64,000 bases of DNA from contig NC_081333.1 in NCBI RefSeq assembly GCF_022539665.2, positions 5,952,001 to 6,016,000 of the forward strand, in the 5' to 3' direction. The notes under the pieces are model-generated. The model was not told the DNA's origin. It made no database searches and was given only the letters and a program-made list of their open reading frames with translations. Shown piece after piece: positions 25,009-37,269 of the stretch. The translations under genes were made by a program, and so were the position numbers. Position 1 is the first letter of the stretch, and every line of letters begins with the position of its first letter. The DNA is from Daphnia carinata (taxonomy: Eukaryota).

Positions 25009-26493
25009 AAGTGCGCTACGACTACAACGCAAGCCGCTAGAGGCTCTGGAGTCAGGGGGCTAGGGTTGAAAAGTGCGGAAAAATTGGAAAACATTTTTGG
25101 TGCTCTCATTTAAATATTTTGCTATGTTTTGTCAAACAAAAGGAAAATGTTTGGTTTTTTACTAGTATACAATATTGTTTCTTGCCGTCAACACTGTTAC
25201 AATGAATCGCCAAAAAAGGAAAGATCTTTCTATTGAAGAAAGAAGTGAAATTATATCATATTTTAAGTTAAAGTTTTCCGTCAGGCAAATTAGCTCTTTA
25301 ACCGCCGTAAAACCATCAACAGTGCACGACACCATAAAACGATTTAAGAATACCAACAGCTGTGTAAGTTTACCTAGAAGTGGACGTCCTCCATTGCTAA
25401 CCCAATCTGATAAGCGCTATCTTAAACTATGTGCTCTTCGTGATCGGCGAAAAGATTTAAGAATCATCACGGAGGAGATGAACATCGGAAGAAAATTGCC
25501 AGTAAGTCATTCAGTTGTTAATAGAGCATTACATTCCTGGAATCTTTTCGGAAGAGTTTCTGCCCGTAAACCGTTACTAACTATCAGAAACATAAAAAAA
25601 AGACTTGCCTTTGCCAAAGAACATGTCAAATGGTCAAGGGGAAAATGGGAGAAAGTGCTATTTACGGACGAAACCAAGTTTGAACTTTTCGGGAGCAAAA
25701 GACGATTGTTCGTTCGTAGACGACCCGGTGAAAGATTTAAAAAAGAGTGCTTAACACCTACCGTGAAACACGGTGGTGGTAGCATAATGGTGTGGGCGGG
25801 TATATGCACTCAAGGTGTCACAAAAATGAAACGAATCATGGGCATCATGGACAAAAAGATGTATCATTCCATATTGGTACATACAGCTCTCCCGGAAGGT
25901 AAACGCCTAATAGGAAAAGGATTCGTTTTTCAAGAGGATAACGATCCTAAGCACTCATCCAAACTGTGTCGAAATTATTTGGACAAAAAGGAAGCATCTG
26001 GTTTGCCTACATAATAGTGTTTTCCTTTGTTAATTTAGTAACTATTATGTTTTATATTAGGTGATATTGTGCGTATGATATGGCCCCCTCAGAGCCCCGA
26101 CCTAAACCCCATCGAGGCCATGTGGGATTATGTCGATTCTAAATTAGATAAGAGTCAACGCACATCACAAGATTCCATATGGAGAAACGTACAACAAACC
26201 TGGAATGCCATCCCTCGTAAAATCCTGAAAAAGTACATATTTTCTATGAAGAAAAGATGTGAAGCAGTTGTAAGGGCCAAAGGTGGACACACCCGCTATT
26301 AAAAACACCATGTTTTTAAAACATTAGATAGGCTTTAATAAAAGTTCTTCGAAGATGAAAGAGAATTATTTTTTAATCCATTTTCACATTATTTATCACG
26401 ATCAAAAATGTTTTCCAATTTTTCCGCACTTTTCAACCCTAGCCCCCTGACTCCAGAGCCTCTAGCGGCTTGCGTTGTAGTCGTAGCGCACTT
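25009..26493 (+). mobile_element. Tc1/mariner-superfamily transposon (DD38E, Intruder-like), full length
   Basis: Identical ~91-bp TIRs; TA on the right flank, TG on the left; intact transposase. Confidence 0.93.
25202..26302 (+). CDS. Tc1-like DD38E transposase (~346 aa; exons 25202-26000 and 26061-26302)
   Basis: HTH and GRP motifs, VLFTDETKF, TVKHGGGSIMVW, FQEDNDPKH, WPPQSPDLNPIE. A 60-nt GT-AG intron (26001-26060) joins the exons in frame; 38 residues between the second D and E. Confidence 0.93.
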
Positions 26494-29400
26494 TAATTTT
26501 AGCGCTCAATGATTAAAAATGTATGCATTAGGGAAAACTGGCAATTGCGCTAGTTGGGAAGAAAGCGAAAATAGACTAGAAATTAAAATTTGCCGTTTTT
26601 AAGTAGGAATTAAACTGATTCTGCTTATGGCATGGTATGCAAAATCACATGTTTTATTACTAAATAAACCCTTCTCTATTTTTTAAACCGCAGTCCACCC
26701 TCGTCGTCCTATTTTTTCTTCCGTAAAAGAGAGCCAAAGTAGCCCCGTTTGCTACTTGGCCTTCTTCACTGTCCGGAAACTTTTGCCTCCTATTTTAAAG
26801 GGCCTTTCCCGTGTAAGAAAAATTCCCCCAAAAAAACCAAGTGAAAAACTAATCTTAAGGAAAAAATTCAATTTCACAACCACCTATGTCAGATGATTAG
26901 TGTATTTTTAAGAGCTTAAAGAAAAACCGAGTTTTCCATAAGCCTATCTCGGCTGTCCGGAAACTTTCGGCAGGTGCTGTATATAGTTTCATTCACGCCA
27001 CTCTCTTCAATACCAGAATCTTAATTCTCAGAATCGACAAATGATGGTAATAAGTTTGTATCCTGACTATCTTTCACTGACATGTCACTAATGTCAATAG
27101 GGTAAACTTCGTTGATAACTCTTTCGTCAAAATAGCTGGAAGAAGTCAGTAACGAGGATTGTGTCAGCAGCTGTTTGGCTTTGTTTTGCTGATTTTGAAT
27201 CTTTTTAGATCCTTCTGATCTGAGATTTCTCCTTGAATTGTTCAAAAATACCCATGCTGACTCTGATGTGTCACTCATCTTTTCTGTTTCATCGCTTTTT
27301 CAAAAGAATCTAATTGGAAAAAAAAAACTAAATTAATTAGTACATAACAATTGCACATATACTAACATAACTTACGTAACATACTTAGCGTTTTCATGAC
27401 ATTTTAAAAATTGCACTACCCTCAGCTAATTTGCGGTGATTTTTGGAAGGCAAGGAACACTTTCCACAATTAAACCAGGTACTAGTGACGACTTCGTTTT
27501 CTTTAGTTTGGTCTTGAAATTGCACGAATAAGAATGTAGTCATTTTAATCAGATGTCAGCCAGTGAAAGTTAAATCCAAACAATAATTGGCACACAAGAA
27601 AATCCACTTGTTCACTGTAAAATTTAACACCACTTCTTTCAATAACTGAAACTAGACTGAAAAAAAAGTGAGAAAAAAGGGGGCGTATTATTGAAATGGT
27701 TTTGGACTCGCTTTTGTTTTGTCATTTGTTTTTTTTTTCCATCTTCTGAAGCACTCTGTTGAAACTGTCGTCTGATATAAGTGAATTATGAGCATATTTT
27801 CATTCTGACTTATATTGATTGATTACTTGTTCGTTGTATATCAGGATAAGTGTTTTTATTGTTGGTTTTGATTTGACTTTTTTAATTATCAGGGGAATGA
27901 CAGATAACCTTGTTTTGGTAAAAAGGGCCCACAACACCTGTGGCAGTGTTCTTGTCGTCTTCAGAGAACTATTCTGACGAGCAAGTATCAGACAGTCGTG
28001 GTGGTGATAGTAATCTTGAAGAATCGTTATCTACAACAATAGAAGAATTTGATGTTGATAGACCAGCAGCAAAAAATGAAGTGTCAACTGGCGAACTTGC
28101 CCTAGGGCACAGTTAGCTACGTGAAAATAGAAAATCACATAAACTTTTCCAAATGTGATCAACTATTGAAATTTTGCATCCCTATCATCCTGATCTTCCT
28201 CTTCCAACCCGAACTCTTGTAAAAACACCTCGGAAAGCGAAACATTCCAGAAATTGGGCACTTGAAATCCGATGATGAAGCCGACAGTTGTGTTTTTCTT
28301 AAAAACATGTCCGTTGTTGTGATATATGATTTTGTATTTCTTCGTGATAATGCGGTTGTAATTGCAAAAAGGTATGCAAGCCAACGAGATGTCTATACGA
28401 ATCGCTGTCGTTCGTTTGTATTCCAAAAATATCTTGTGTCATCGCTGGCTGCTAACGTTCAAATGTGGACATAAAAGACATTTTGTGTAAGTTGGTTAGA
28501 TTGCCTCCTTCGTTGTCATTGAATACATTCGCAGTTTTCCTTAAAGAAACAATGAATTTTGATTTTTTATGTTCATTTTCGTGCAATAACTGATGAGATG
28601 TTTTTTACGCTGTGTATACCCCTTAAAACATCACTGATAGAGGCGACTTAAATTTTCGGGTACAGGCGTCTTCAAGACATCTGAAACACACCCAACAGAA
28701 GTGTAGAGCATATTTAGAAGACTTCTTTAAGATATCTTAAGACGTCTAGAAAACACCTGCATATCCCCTTTAACTTCACTGATAAAGTTGTGCGAAATTC
28801 ATCCTATGTAGACGTCGTATAGACACCTTCTTCTGATCCCGCTTCTCTCTCGAACGATAGTCCTGAGATAGTCTGATATTGGGCGTCTTAGGAATATCTT
28901 ATTCTAATCTTAGTGCTAAGTCCCGAGTTTGTCTTTCCGAGGACATCCTTAAGAGATCTTTTTTTTGCTTCGAATCGCCTTGTCGTTAATTAAGCCTTTC
29001 TTGACATCTTAAAGACGTCACTTTTTAGTCTTCGTATTCCGTTGACGTAAGGAAGTCCTGACCAGATATCTTTGAGACGTCCTTTTTTGGGCAGAGATAT
29101 CTAAGTACCAAAGAAGGCCTGACCGGACATCTTTTCGACGTCTTGTTTTAGTCTGGGATGTCTTTGGGTATATGGGACATCCTTGGCATATCTTCCAGTC
29201 AACCCGGTGCTATGTGGGTATTGCGCAATCATGTCCTTTGTATATGTATTTGAAAATATACTTTATGCTGTTATGGAAGCGCAAAACTCCAGATTAATGT
29301 GCGAGTTGAATTTAAGTTAAAGTTAAGGGTTGTTAGGACGACCCAGTTGTTATCCACTCGGAAACTGCTGCTGTTGTTGTTGAGCGAGTAGCTGCGACCG

Positions 29401-32400
29401 TTATTTTTCCTTCGATACGTGGGATATCCGTGTCCGTTGATTACTGTTGCTTCCGCAAATGTTTTTGGAAAACATTTTGTGCATATATCACCATCCATGA
29501 AAGGAGAATTGCGATTAATTTCTTTTCAGCATGGGCCGTGAATCATGTTGCCCATTACAATCTTATGAAGTATTGGGTTCGCTTCTGAATCCGGAATTTC
29601 AACACATATCATCTTGTCTATGTCTTCTTCAGTGGTTGGAACGTCATTCTCATCTACCCACATGAGTAGATGGACATGAGGATGACCACGCTTCTGGAAT
29701 TCGACGGCATGAATCCTCGCAACAATAATCCCAAAATTTGACGTTCTTGAATTTCCTTTATTAATTAATTCAGTTTAAGACGATAAACTCTTGAAACTAT
29801 ATCGGGCTTATTTGATGGAATTCGGTAAGTTTCAATATTTTCCGTGATCTCTGGCCATTTTGGGTTGCAGGTAAAAGTAAGGAAAAAGGTGGGCTTTCAA
29901 AATTTTCCACATATAGCCATCGCGTTGGTTTTTTACTGTCGATTCGAATGAATCGACTTCCTCTTCGTGGAATCAATAGATGGCCGTCTATATCTCTATT
30001 TTCGGGTGGAGCGCCATCAATGCTTTTGAAAACCACTGCTATTTCTTCTCCTGTGAGGCTGTTGTAGTGTCTCACATCTTGTGTCTGACGGTCATTATGG
30101 ATAATGATTCCAATTTTCATGGGTCTCCTACCCTCCCTTTTCGGTAAGAAGATCCTTCTCGGCTGTCATTTGACTCATATTCTTATAAATGTCAACATAG
30201 GGATTACCTTGACGAAGAAGATAATCCAACTGTTCCATCAGATGTTCATCAGAAATCGGTCACAGCGGACGTTGGCAGGGTTACTGACCTGGAATTCGTT
30301 TGCCTGAGAAGAATCAATAAAATACAGTTGGGCGTATTTTGGAGCATTATCTTCGTGTTGGTATCCAACAGCTGTTGTATTGTGATATATTTGTCCGTGA
30401 GTTCGAAAGCAATAGGGGCCGTGACCTGGTGGACTGTAGATTTGTGCATCCATTGATGCGAAGGCAAGAGCGTTGTTTTAATTTCTTACCATTTTCAATA
30501 AAAGAGGAGATTTTGGATGACTGTTGGTAAGGAGATGGTAAAGCAATTCGGGGAATTCTCTAGGAGGATGAAGAATGACTTTCTATTTTGAACAACAGAG
30601 GCTGAATTTTCGGTCGGACGTTTTCTCGCCTTTGAAATGTATTCCGCCACAGTAAATACAAATCTCGTCCATTTTTCCACAGTGATGAACGGAAACAAAA
30701 TCTTCGTTGTCTAATGATTTCTGAGCAGCTTGGTGTGTTCTGGTTGCTCTATTACTTCGATGTTGTGCTGAAAATTCCAATGGATGTTGTCGCTCTTCTT
30801 CTGTTTCTATAATAAGAATTTCTGTGTGGTGTTGAGCGTCATTTGCTTGTTGTAGATTCAACATTTCTTCTCTATCTTCCTCTCTTTACCAAAGAATCTG
30901 AGCCATCCTTGCTCCAGTCTCTTCTTGAAGTTGTTCTATTTCCTTGTCATTTTCAACTGGTCTGTAACTAATAGTTTGCTGACTGTTAACTTACCATCTT
31001 TCATCTGCTTCACTTGTTACTTCGTTACAAAGAACATTTTGATGTTGCACTCTATTTTTCATGCGCGAAGCAATTTCCTGTTCTGGAGTTTGGATTTCAC
31101 GGGCTATTCTCTGATGAACAGCATATGCTTGAGCCTTTTGCTGTTCTACAGGATCAAGTCTTTGGTTTTTGGCTTTTATCTGTTCTCGATATTCCAACAA
31201 TCTCTTTTTTTTAGCGTTTCAGCTGCCCTTTTTCACGCATTTTAAGGTTCTTGGCTGCTTTTTATTCTTCCGTAAGAGCAGGGCATTTTGGAGGCATTTT
31301 CAAAAGCAAGATAACCTAAAACACTTTAAGTAGAACTTAAACTCTAACAGGAAAATCACATAAGCACTTATCGCATATGAAAAACACCGCATATTACACA
31401 ACAAATAACCATTAACACTTTCATTGAAACTGAAAACACGGGAATAATAAGCTTGAACACTTTCTTATCAACCTGAAAAACACCGCAAAGAATAACGTAA
31501 ACCACTGCTTATTAAACATGTGACAACACCGCAAAAATAACTGAAAACACTTGTACAGGATACCCCTGTAGAAAAGACAAGAATTACCTAAAGCAAATAT
31601 AATGCACCTTAATCATTAAACTAAAAACCATTCAAACGTGGCGGCACCTTACGTCAGTTATGGGTTTCACGATGGTTAAAACATCAAAAAAACTAAAACG
31701 CACGTCGCTGGACGAACACCGTTGTTATATCTCTATAAGCTGCCTTTGCTTTAACCTCATACCGTATGGTTTCGCGGCAGGCCATTCATAACCTGTCAGT
31801 AAAGATAAAGGAAGGTAAAAGCTAAGAAAGTTAGCTCTCCGATTCCGATTTAACCCATTGACGCGATGGCTGGGGAAAGACAATGATATTCGAATACTAC
31901 CTTGCTTGAGAAAGTTAGATCAAAATCCTTCCTAAAAGTATCCATCCTAAAAGTACCCTAAAGTCCCGTTCATCCATCTAAAAGTTCCCGTTAATACACT
32001 GGACGGCCAATGGTTCTGTAAGTAAAAATATAAATAAAATTAACGTATTTCTGTTGTTATACATAAAAGTTGTTATAATAAATATAAGTGGTCATTCAAA
32101 AGCTTACATCGTTAGAATTAGTATAATTTCATTAACATTGAAAAAAGAAATTCAACTTCTTAATAGGACGGTACATGAAACATAAAATACTAAGCAAAAC
32201 TTACGTATACATAAACAATTAGCATGTGACTTTCAAAATAAAGATAATTTCATTTAATGTTTAAACGAAATAGTGTATAAAGAATTTAATAACCTAAAAG
32301 GAACGATGAAATGCAATTTTAAAACGATATACTTTGTTGATATAATGTTCAATGACAAATAAATATTAAATCCTAATTTATTTATATATATCCTTATCTA

Positions 32401-33827
32401 TAACATCTGACTTTGTAAATAATATTTAACTTGAATAAAATTTAAACAAATTGTTCTCTACTAATATTTGCAAACTTAACTTTAAAAAAGGAACGGTGAG
32501 AAAAATTGTGAAAACGCTTTACCTTGTTAATAGAATATGCCAGGACAAAATAATAAACTAACAAAAAATCTATGTATATGTACAAAAATAAAGTGAACTT
32601 TGTAACTAACGTATGACTTTGATAACATTTTAATAAATAAGTATTGAATTAAAATTTTAAAAACTTGATATTTAATTACAAACGGCGAGGAAAAAATTGT
32701 AACATTATACACATATACAATTTGCCATTCAGTTTTGATATAGGCAAGAGAAAATTTAAAACAAATTTTCCTTTCTGCTCTCCTTTTATTAATAACATGA
32801 ATGAAACCATTTTTAAAATTTTACGACAGTTTGCACTTTCACACACATGAAGTAACCGTTCCCATTGCATAACAAATGAAGCTTTAACTTTCTGCACTTC
32901 AATTATTTTAATATACAGTTAATATTTATTTATCTTTAAAGGAGGGAGAGGAATCATCAATTTGCGCACAGCATGATGGGCGGCGCACGTAAAGCCCTTG
33001 CGAAACCCAAGCAAGAAATGGCTAAAAACAAACGGTTATTTGCAATAAACAAAATTTGAATTCAATAAACAATAAAAGCGCACTCACAGTTATAATTTAT
33101 TTGTTTATTATTCACATTGAATCAAAAGAATTCTACGATCGGGTTCAGCTATAGGCGGGTTATATTTTAAGTTTCGGCAAAAAGCGTAGCTGGGAAATCA
33201 CATAAACCATTTTTCTAAATATCCGCACGCGCATTTTAGTCTTCCGAATCCTTATCCCACAGATTCACTACAGCCGGCGGCGTTTTAGACGTAGTCCCCC
33301 CGCCAACCAATCACAGCAAATGTACATTGTGACGGACACAGGCTCCTCAAATTTCTTTGTTTTTTTATATAGCATAGATTCGAAATAGTTTGGAAATGGA
33401 CAACAGATGGCGTTTGACTACAATAAGAAAAAGAACGAAAATATATTTAGCAATCCGTTTTATACAACATGGTCTCACTACATGTGTAATAAGTAGTACA
33501 GTATCCTGCATAAAAAGAAGAACACCCGATTTTATTTTTAAAAGCCATCTATGGGCAAAATCTACTAATTCTTGACCTTTTTTAAATAGGGTTAGGGCGG
33601 GTTTGGCGCAAAAACGCTATAAGTTGGGAAGGGTAGTTTTAAGTCCAGACACCTTTTGCTAATGCCTCAGGTGTTACGAAAAATGTCTGGAAAAAGTAGT
33701 CTAGTCTTTTTTTGTTAGGGCCCCCAACCCCCATGCCCCAGGCTAAGATGAAAAATATTTAATGAAAAAACTATCATCCTCAGTCGCCCACTTTGTTCAA
33801 CAGCGACTTTACAGCGCGGGAAAAAAT

Positions 33828-33895
33828 TCATCTCAGATCGGGTTTGAACCACTGCAATCCGTATCTGAATCCGATCCTATGCCACTGACCTACTA
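33828..33895 (-). pseudogene. tRNA-like Pol III cassette (left arm)
   Basis: Minus strand TAGGTCAGTGGCATAG...GGTTCAAACCC followed by TTTTTT. Confidence 0.5.
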
Positions 33896-34001
33896 CTTTT
33901 ACTCATTGCTCTCTATACTTTTGCTTATAAAGAGATGTGGAGGATAAAAACAAAAAAGGCATTGCTATATGCTGTCGACCATCAGTCAACCAATCAGTCA
34001 T

Positions 34002-34066
34002 TATGTTGCGTAAGCGGTGAGTATCGGCTTGCGACGCGGGAGATCGGTGTTCAAGACTTCACATAG
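34002..34066 (+). pseudogene. tRNA-Asp-like sequence in the foldback spacer
   Basis: GCGGTGAGTATC...ACGCGGGAGATCGGTGTTCAAGAC resembles tRNA-Asp GGTGAGTATC...ACGCGGGAGACCGGGGTTCGATTC; TATGT/ACATA acceptor-like pairing. Confidence 0.55.
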
Positions 34067-34199
34067 TAATTTACTTTTATGCATCATGTCGTTCTGAAGC
34101 ATCGTTTGTAAATAATATAACTTACAAATAGTAAAAAATTTTCCCCTTCAACCTCCATGAAATAAACGATTGTATAGGTATTTATAAGACAATGTCTCG

Positions 34200-34272
34200 G
34201 GAAATTGTAGCTCAGTGGTAGAGGTTCGTATTCAGACACGGAAAGCAATGTTTCAATCCCGATGTGAGACGA
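34200..34272 (+). pseudogene. tRNA-like Pol III cassette (right arm)
   Basis: A-box TAGCTCAGTGGTAGAG, B-box GTTTCAATCCC, then TTTTTT (34275-34280). Confidence 0.55.
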
Positions 34273-34899
34273 AATTTTTCCCGCGTTGTAAAGTCGCTGT
34301 TGAACAAAGTGGGTGACTGGGGATGATATTTTTTTCATTAGATATTTTTCATTTTAGCCTGGGGCATGGGGGTTTGTGGTCTAAGAAAAAAAGACTAGAC
34401 TCTACTTTTTCCAGACATTTTTCGTAACACCTGAGGCATTAGCAAAAGGTGTCTGGACTTAAAACTACCCTTCCCATCTTATAGCGTTTTTGCGCCAAAC
34501 CCGCCCTAACCCTATTCAAAAAAATTCAAAAATTAATATTTTTTTCCCATAGATGGCTTTTAAAAATAAAATCGGGTGTTCTTCTTTTTATGCAGGATAC
34601 TGTACATAGTCGCAGATGCAATTTTTCCTATTGGCTAAATGCGCTGCACGTTTGTCATGTTTTTTTATGCACCTTGTCTTGTGGCCAAAATTTGCTGGGC
34701 ATTTTGCATTTGGGCAGAAATAAAAAAAACTTGTATTTTTCCTTAGATTCAAGCAAAGACGTGATAGATTGAATGAAATACGAAAAAGCGATCGAATATT
34801 AAGCCAATCTGCTGGCACAGGAATGTGATTCCGTTGTATTTACAAACACAAAAGTTCTGGTTCTTCACTTTCTAATAAAAAGAAGATATTTAATGAAGA

Positions 34900-37000
34900 T
34901 AGTATACTGATTGATTGGTGAATTCTTCAAAAGCTTTGGATTGTTGCCCAGTTAAGGCTCAATCCAGTGTAGCAGTAGAAGACAATCTCGCCCAAGACCA
35001 CCTTAATTATGATGAAGAACAAGTGAATTTCATTGAGTGCCAAGAATCTTTCATTCATGAAGAACTGAAAAAAACTTAAACTGTAACATTAAACCGGACT
35101 CGAAGAATCAGATTCACTACGACTGGGCTTCTGCCTAACACAATTTTCTTGAAGCTTTCACGTCATCACAATTTTTTCATTTTCATCTGCTTGCTAAGCT
35201 GACTGCCAAGCATCACTTTCACAGCACTAAATTTGCTGTGGCAATTGTAAGACGAAGAGATGTAAAAAATGTGATTTAACTTTTTAGAAATCTCGTCCTT
35301 TTCATCTGCGAACTCTCTACAAAGAAGAAACGTCAAAGACTGTGCTACTAGAAGAATTTGTTTCGTCTGGCCAAATTATTGCTTGTGGTAAGTAGGCTAC
35401 TTAGAACTATTATTTTTATTTTTTTAATTCTTATTTTATAGCTATTCCAGTTCCATATTTTCCGGTATCGTTCAGATTTCAAACATGACTGACTGTTATG
35501 ACATGATGATTGTTTGACAATTTTTTCGTTAACAGCCGGGAAAAGGAGAATAGTCACCGTAACAGAAAGTGGTATGAGTCATAGGCTATTAAATATGCAT
35601 TTTATCTTAACTTTCTCCTTACATTAAGAATAAAGGGAGATTTGATCTTCATTCCTTCGTATACAGTGTGCCATATATAGTAAAAAAAAACGATGCCAAC
35701 GAGCTGGATTGCGCCGTGTCAGGCTGGTTGTCAACATTGGCAAAAAATGGACCTTATTTTATCTCAAGTGCATTGCTTAAAATGTGGCAATATTTAAACA
35801 CCAAGCTTCGGGCACATCGGAGAGAAAGTTTGTTCAAACCCTCTCAGAAATTTCCAAAAGGTCCTATAGAATAATTTTTAGTCGACAATTACTTGTCTCA
35901 AAATTGCTTTTACGAATCATTTTTATTTATGTAGCGCGCAACAATTGATCGGAGATTGTTTGGCCTGACAAGCCGCCCATATGACCATCTTTTGTACCTT
36001 CTAAACACGCAAATAAATGAAATGGAACCAGTCAAATGCTTGACATGTGGAACATGTCTGTTAGCTATTCATGTGGATGGAAACTTGAAACTGTATCGCT
36101 GGCGGTCTGCTGTTGTGTGAGAATCATCATTTAGAATTGTACTGTGAAATTAAATTTTTTAATTAATTTTTTTGATTTGGAAAACTCCGACTGTTTCAAG
36201 CGTGAATTTCCCTTCTCTTTTTGCAGATATTGGTATTCTTGACACAATGAAGTTTTTGGATTTGGTTGCCAAAATTAATGCGATAAAAGTTCCGGTTACT
36301 CATAATTTTGTTCACACTCACACGTTCATAAAAATTTACCGTCTATTTAACTAATACAGTATTTACTTTTTACGACAGAGTAGGTCTAGCAGTAAGGATT
36401 CATGTGGCTCCGCTGGGTATAAAGCAGGAAAGGCAGACTCAAATCACAAGAAAGCACTAACTGAAACTGGAATTGTATTTTGCACTTGCGGTCATGGTAT
36501 ACTTTGGAGAGCTGTGGACATGGACAAGGGAGAATCCTACCGGCCCATCTTGTACCTTCAAGACTTAGCGTTACAAGAAAAATGCAAAATTTTTTGTTGC
36601 GACGTTGTATGCAAATATTGGCTATTTGCTAAAGCCGTTGGAACTAACTTGAAAGCAGAAGATTTAAAAAAACCGAGGAAATTAATCCATTTCTTAGCCG
36701 ATTTTATGATAAAACCCACACAATGTTTTGTCAAGTAGCGCTAGTTTTGAAAAATTATAGTTGTTTCCTTCTTTGTTTATTGCAGCTTTTATTTTGGTTT
36801 AGCTTTTGTATCAATCAGCGTCAACAACCGGCGAGACGACTGGACAGACTAACACCAAAAGGTTTCGTAATGGATCCACTACAAAACACATGAGTAATCC
36901 AAGTAAGTTTTTATAACTAATCCAAGTCAGTGCTTTTCTTAGAATAATTGGATTTTATTAGACAGAAGGGACCATTTAACCGATTGAATGATTTGATTAT
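34900..37000 (+). pseudogene. Kyakuja-Dileera-Zisupton (KDZ) transposase remnant, multi-exon (boundaries approximate)
   Basis: C-x2-C followed by IHVDGNLKLYRW (~36035-36105); CGS...ETGIVFCTCGHG...DMDKGESY; IFCCDVVCKYW; GETTGQTN-like motif. Frameshifts and stops. Confidence 0.8.
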
Positions 37001-37269
37001 ACATTATAGCTTTTTCCTATTTCAGGCAGAATCCATACTAGCCCAACTTCCATCGGATATCCTTAAGGTAGAAAAATTTTTACTGAAGAGTTGTTGCTCA
37101 ACTGCCGAAAATTCTTGAATCCCTCCGGAACGAAGCGTCTAGCTGCTAGAATAGCATTAACACCATGCAATCTTACTTTTACTAACAAAATTTTACTAAT
37201 AAGATAGGTTGATTTTCTTTTCTTTTTGGTTTTATGAGAAGAGGATTACTAAAAAATTTCTTTGGATGT

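Larger units (their letters stand above)
24741..29218 (+). mobile_element. CMC/EnSpm-like element, internally deleted
   Basis: TIRs CCCACATAGCACCGGG / CCCGGTGCTATGTGGG; TA TSD; GACGTC/GACATC subterminal repeats; ~28260-28510 (DSCVFLKNMSVVVI...VQMW) resembles the C-terminal part of animal EnSpm transposases. Confidence 0.8.
22300..31280 (-). pseudogene. Helitron Rep(-helicase) pseudogene, split by hAT and EnSpm insertions; helicase domain largely missing
   Basis: CIYCGG...CCS; GPYCFRTHGQIYH...PKYAQLYFID; HUH motif AVEFQKRGHPHVHLL (~29665-29710); CTKCFPK...GYPTYRR; SIKYIFKYIYKGHD; RYVGPSE...VIRLAIHL; ERFSLRLLL...FKEAAIARNLL. Confidence 0.92.
21674..33378 (-). mobile_element. Helitron with decayed Rep/Helicase and nested insertions
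   Basis: Minus-strand 5' TC at 33378 and 3' CTAG at 21674; RepHel motifs inside (next feature). Assignment of the 3' end to this element is inferred. Confidence 0.75.
33499..34602. mobile_element. Foldback-type non-autonomous DNA transposon (~430-bp TIRs, TA TSD)
   Basis: TA|CAGTATCCTGCATAAAAAGAAGAACACCCG ... CGGGTGTTCTTCTTTTTATGCAGGATACTG|TA; arms ~33499-33945 and ~34145-34602. Confidence 0.88.

Noticed and set aside
33762..34338. Paired similar ORFs (MKKLSSSVAHF / MKKISSPVTHF) as small proteins
   Set aside because: The similarity is a by-product of the inverted arms; they are antisense to the tRNA-like cassettes.
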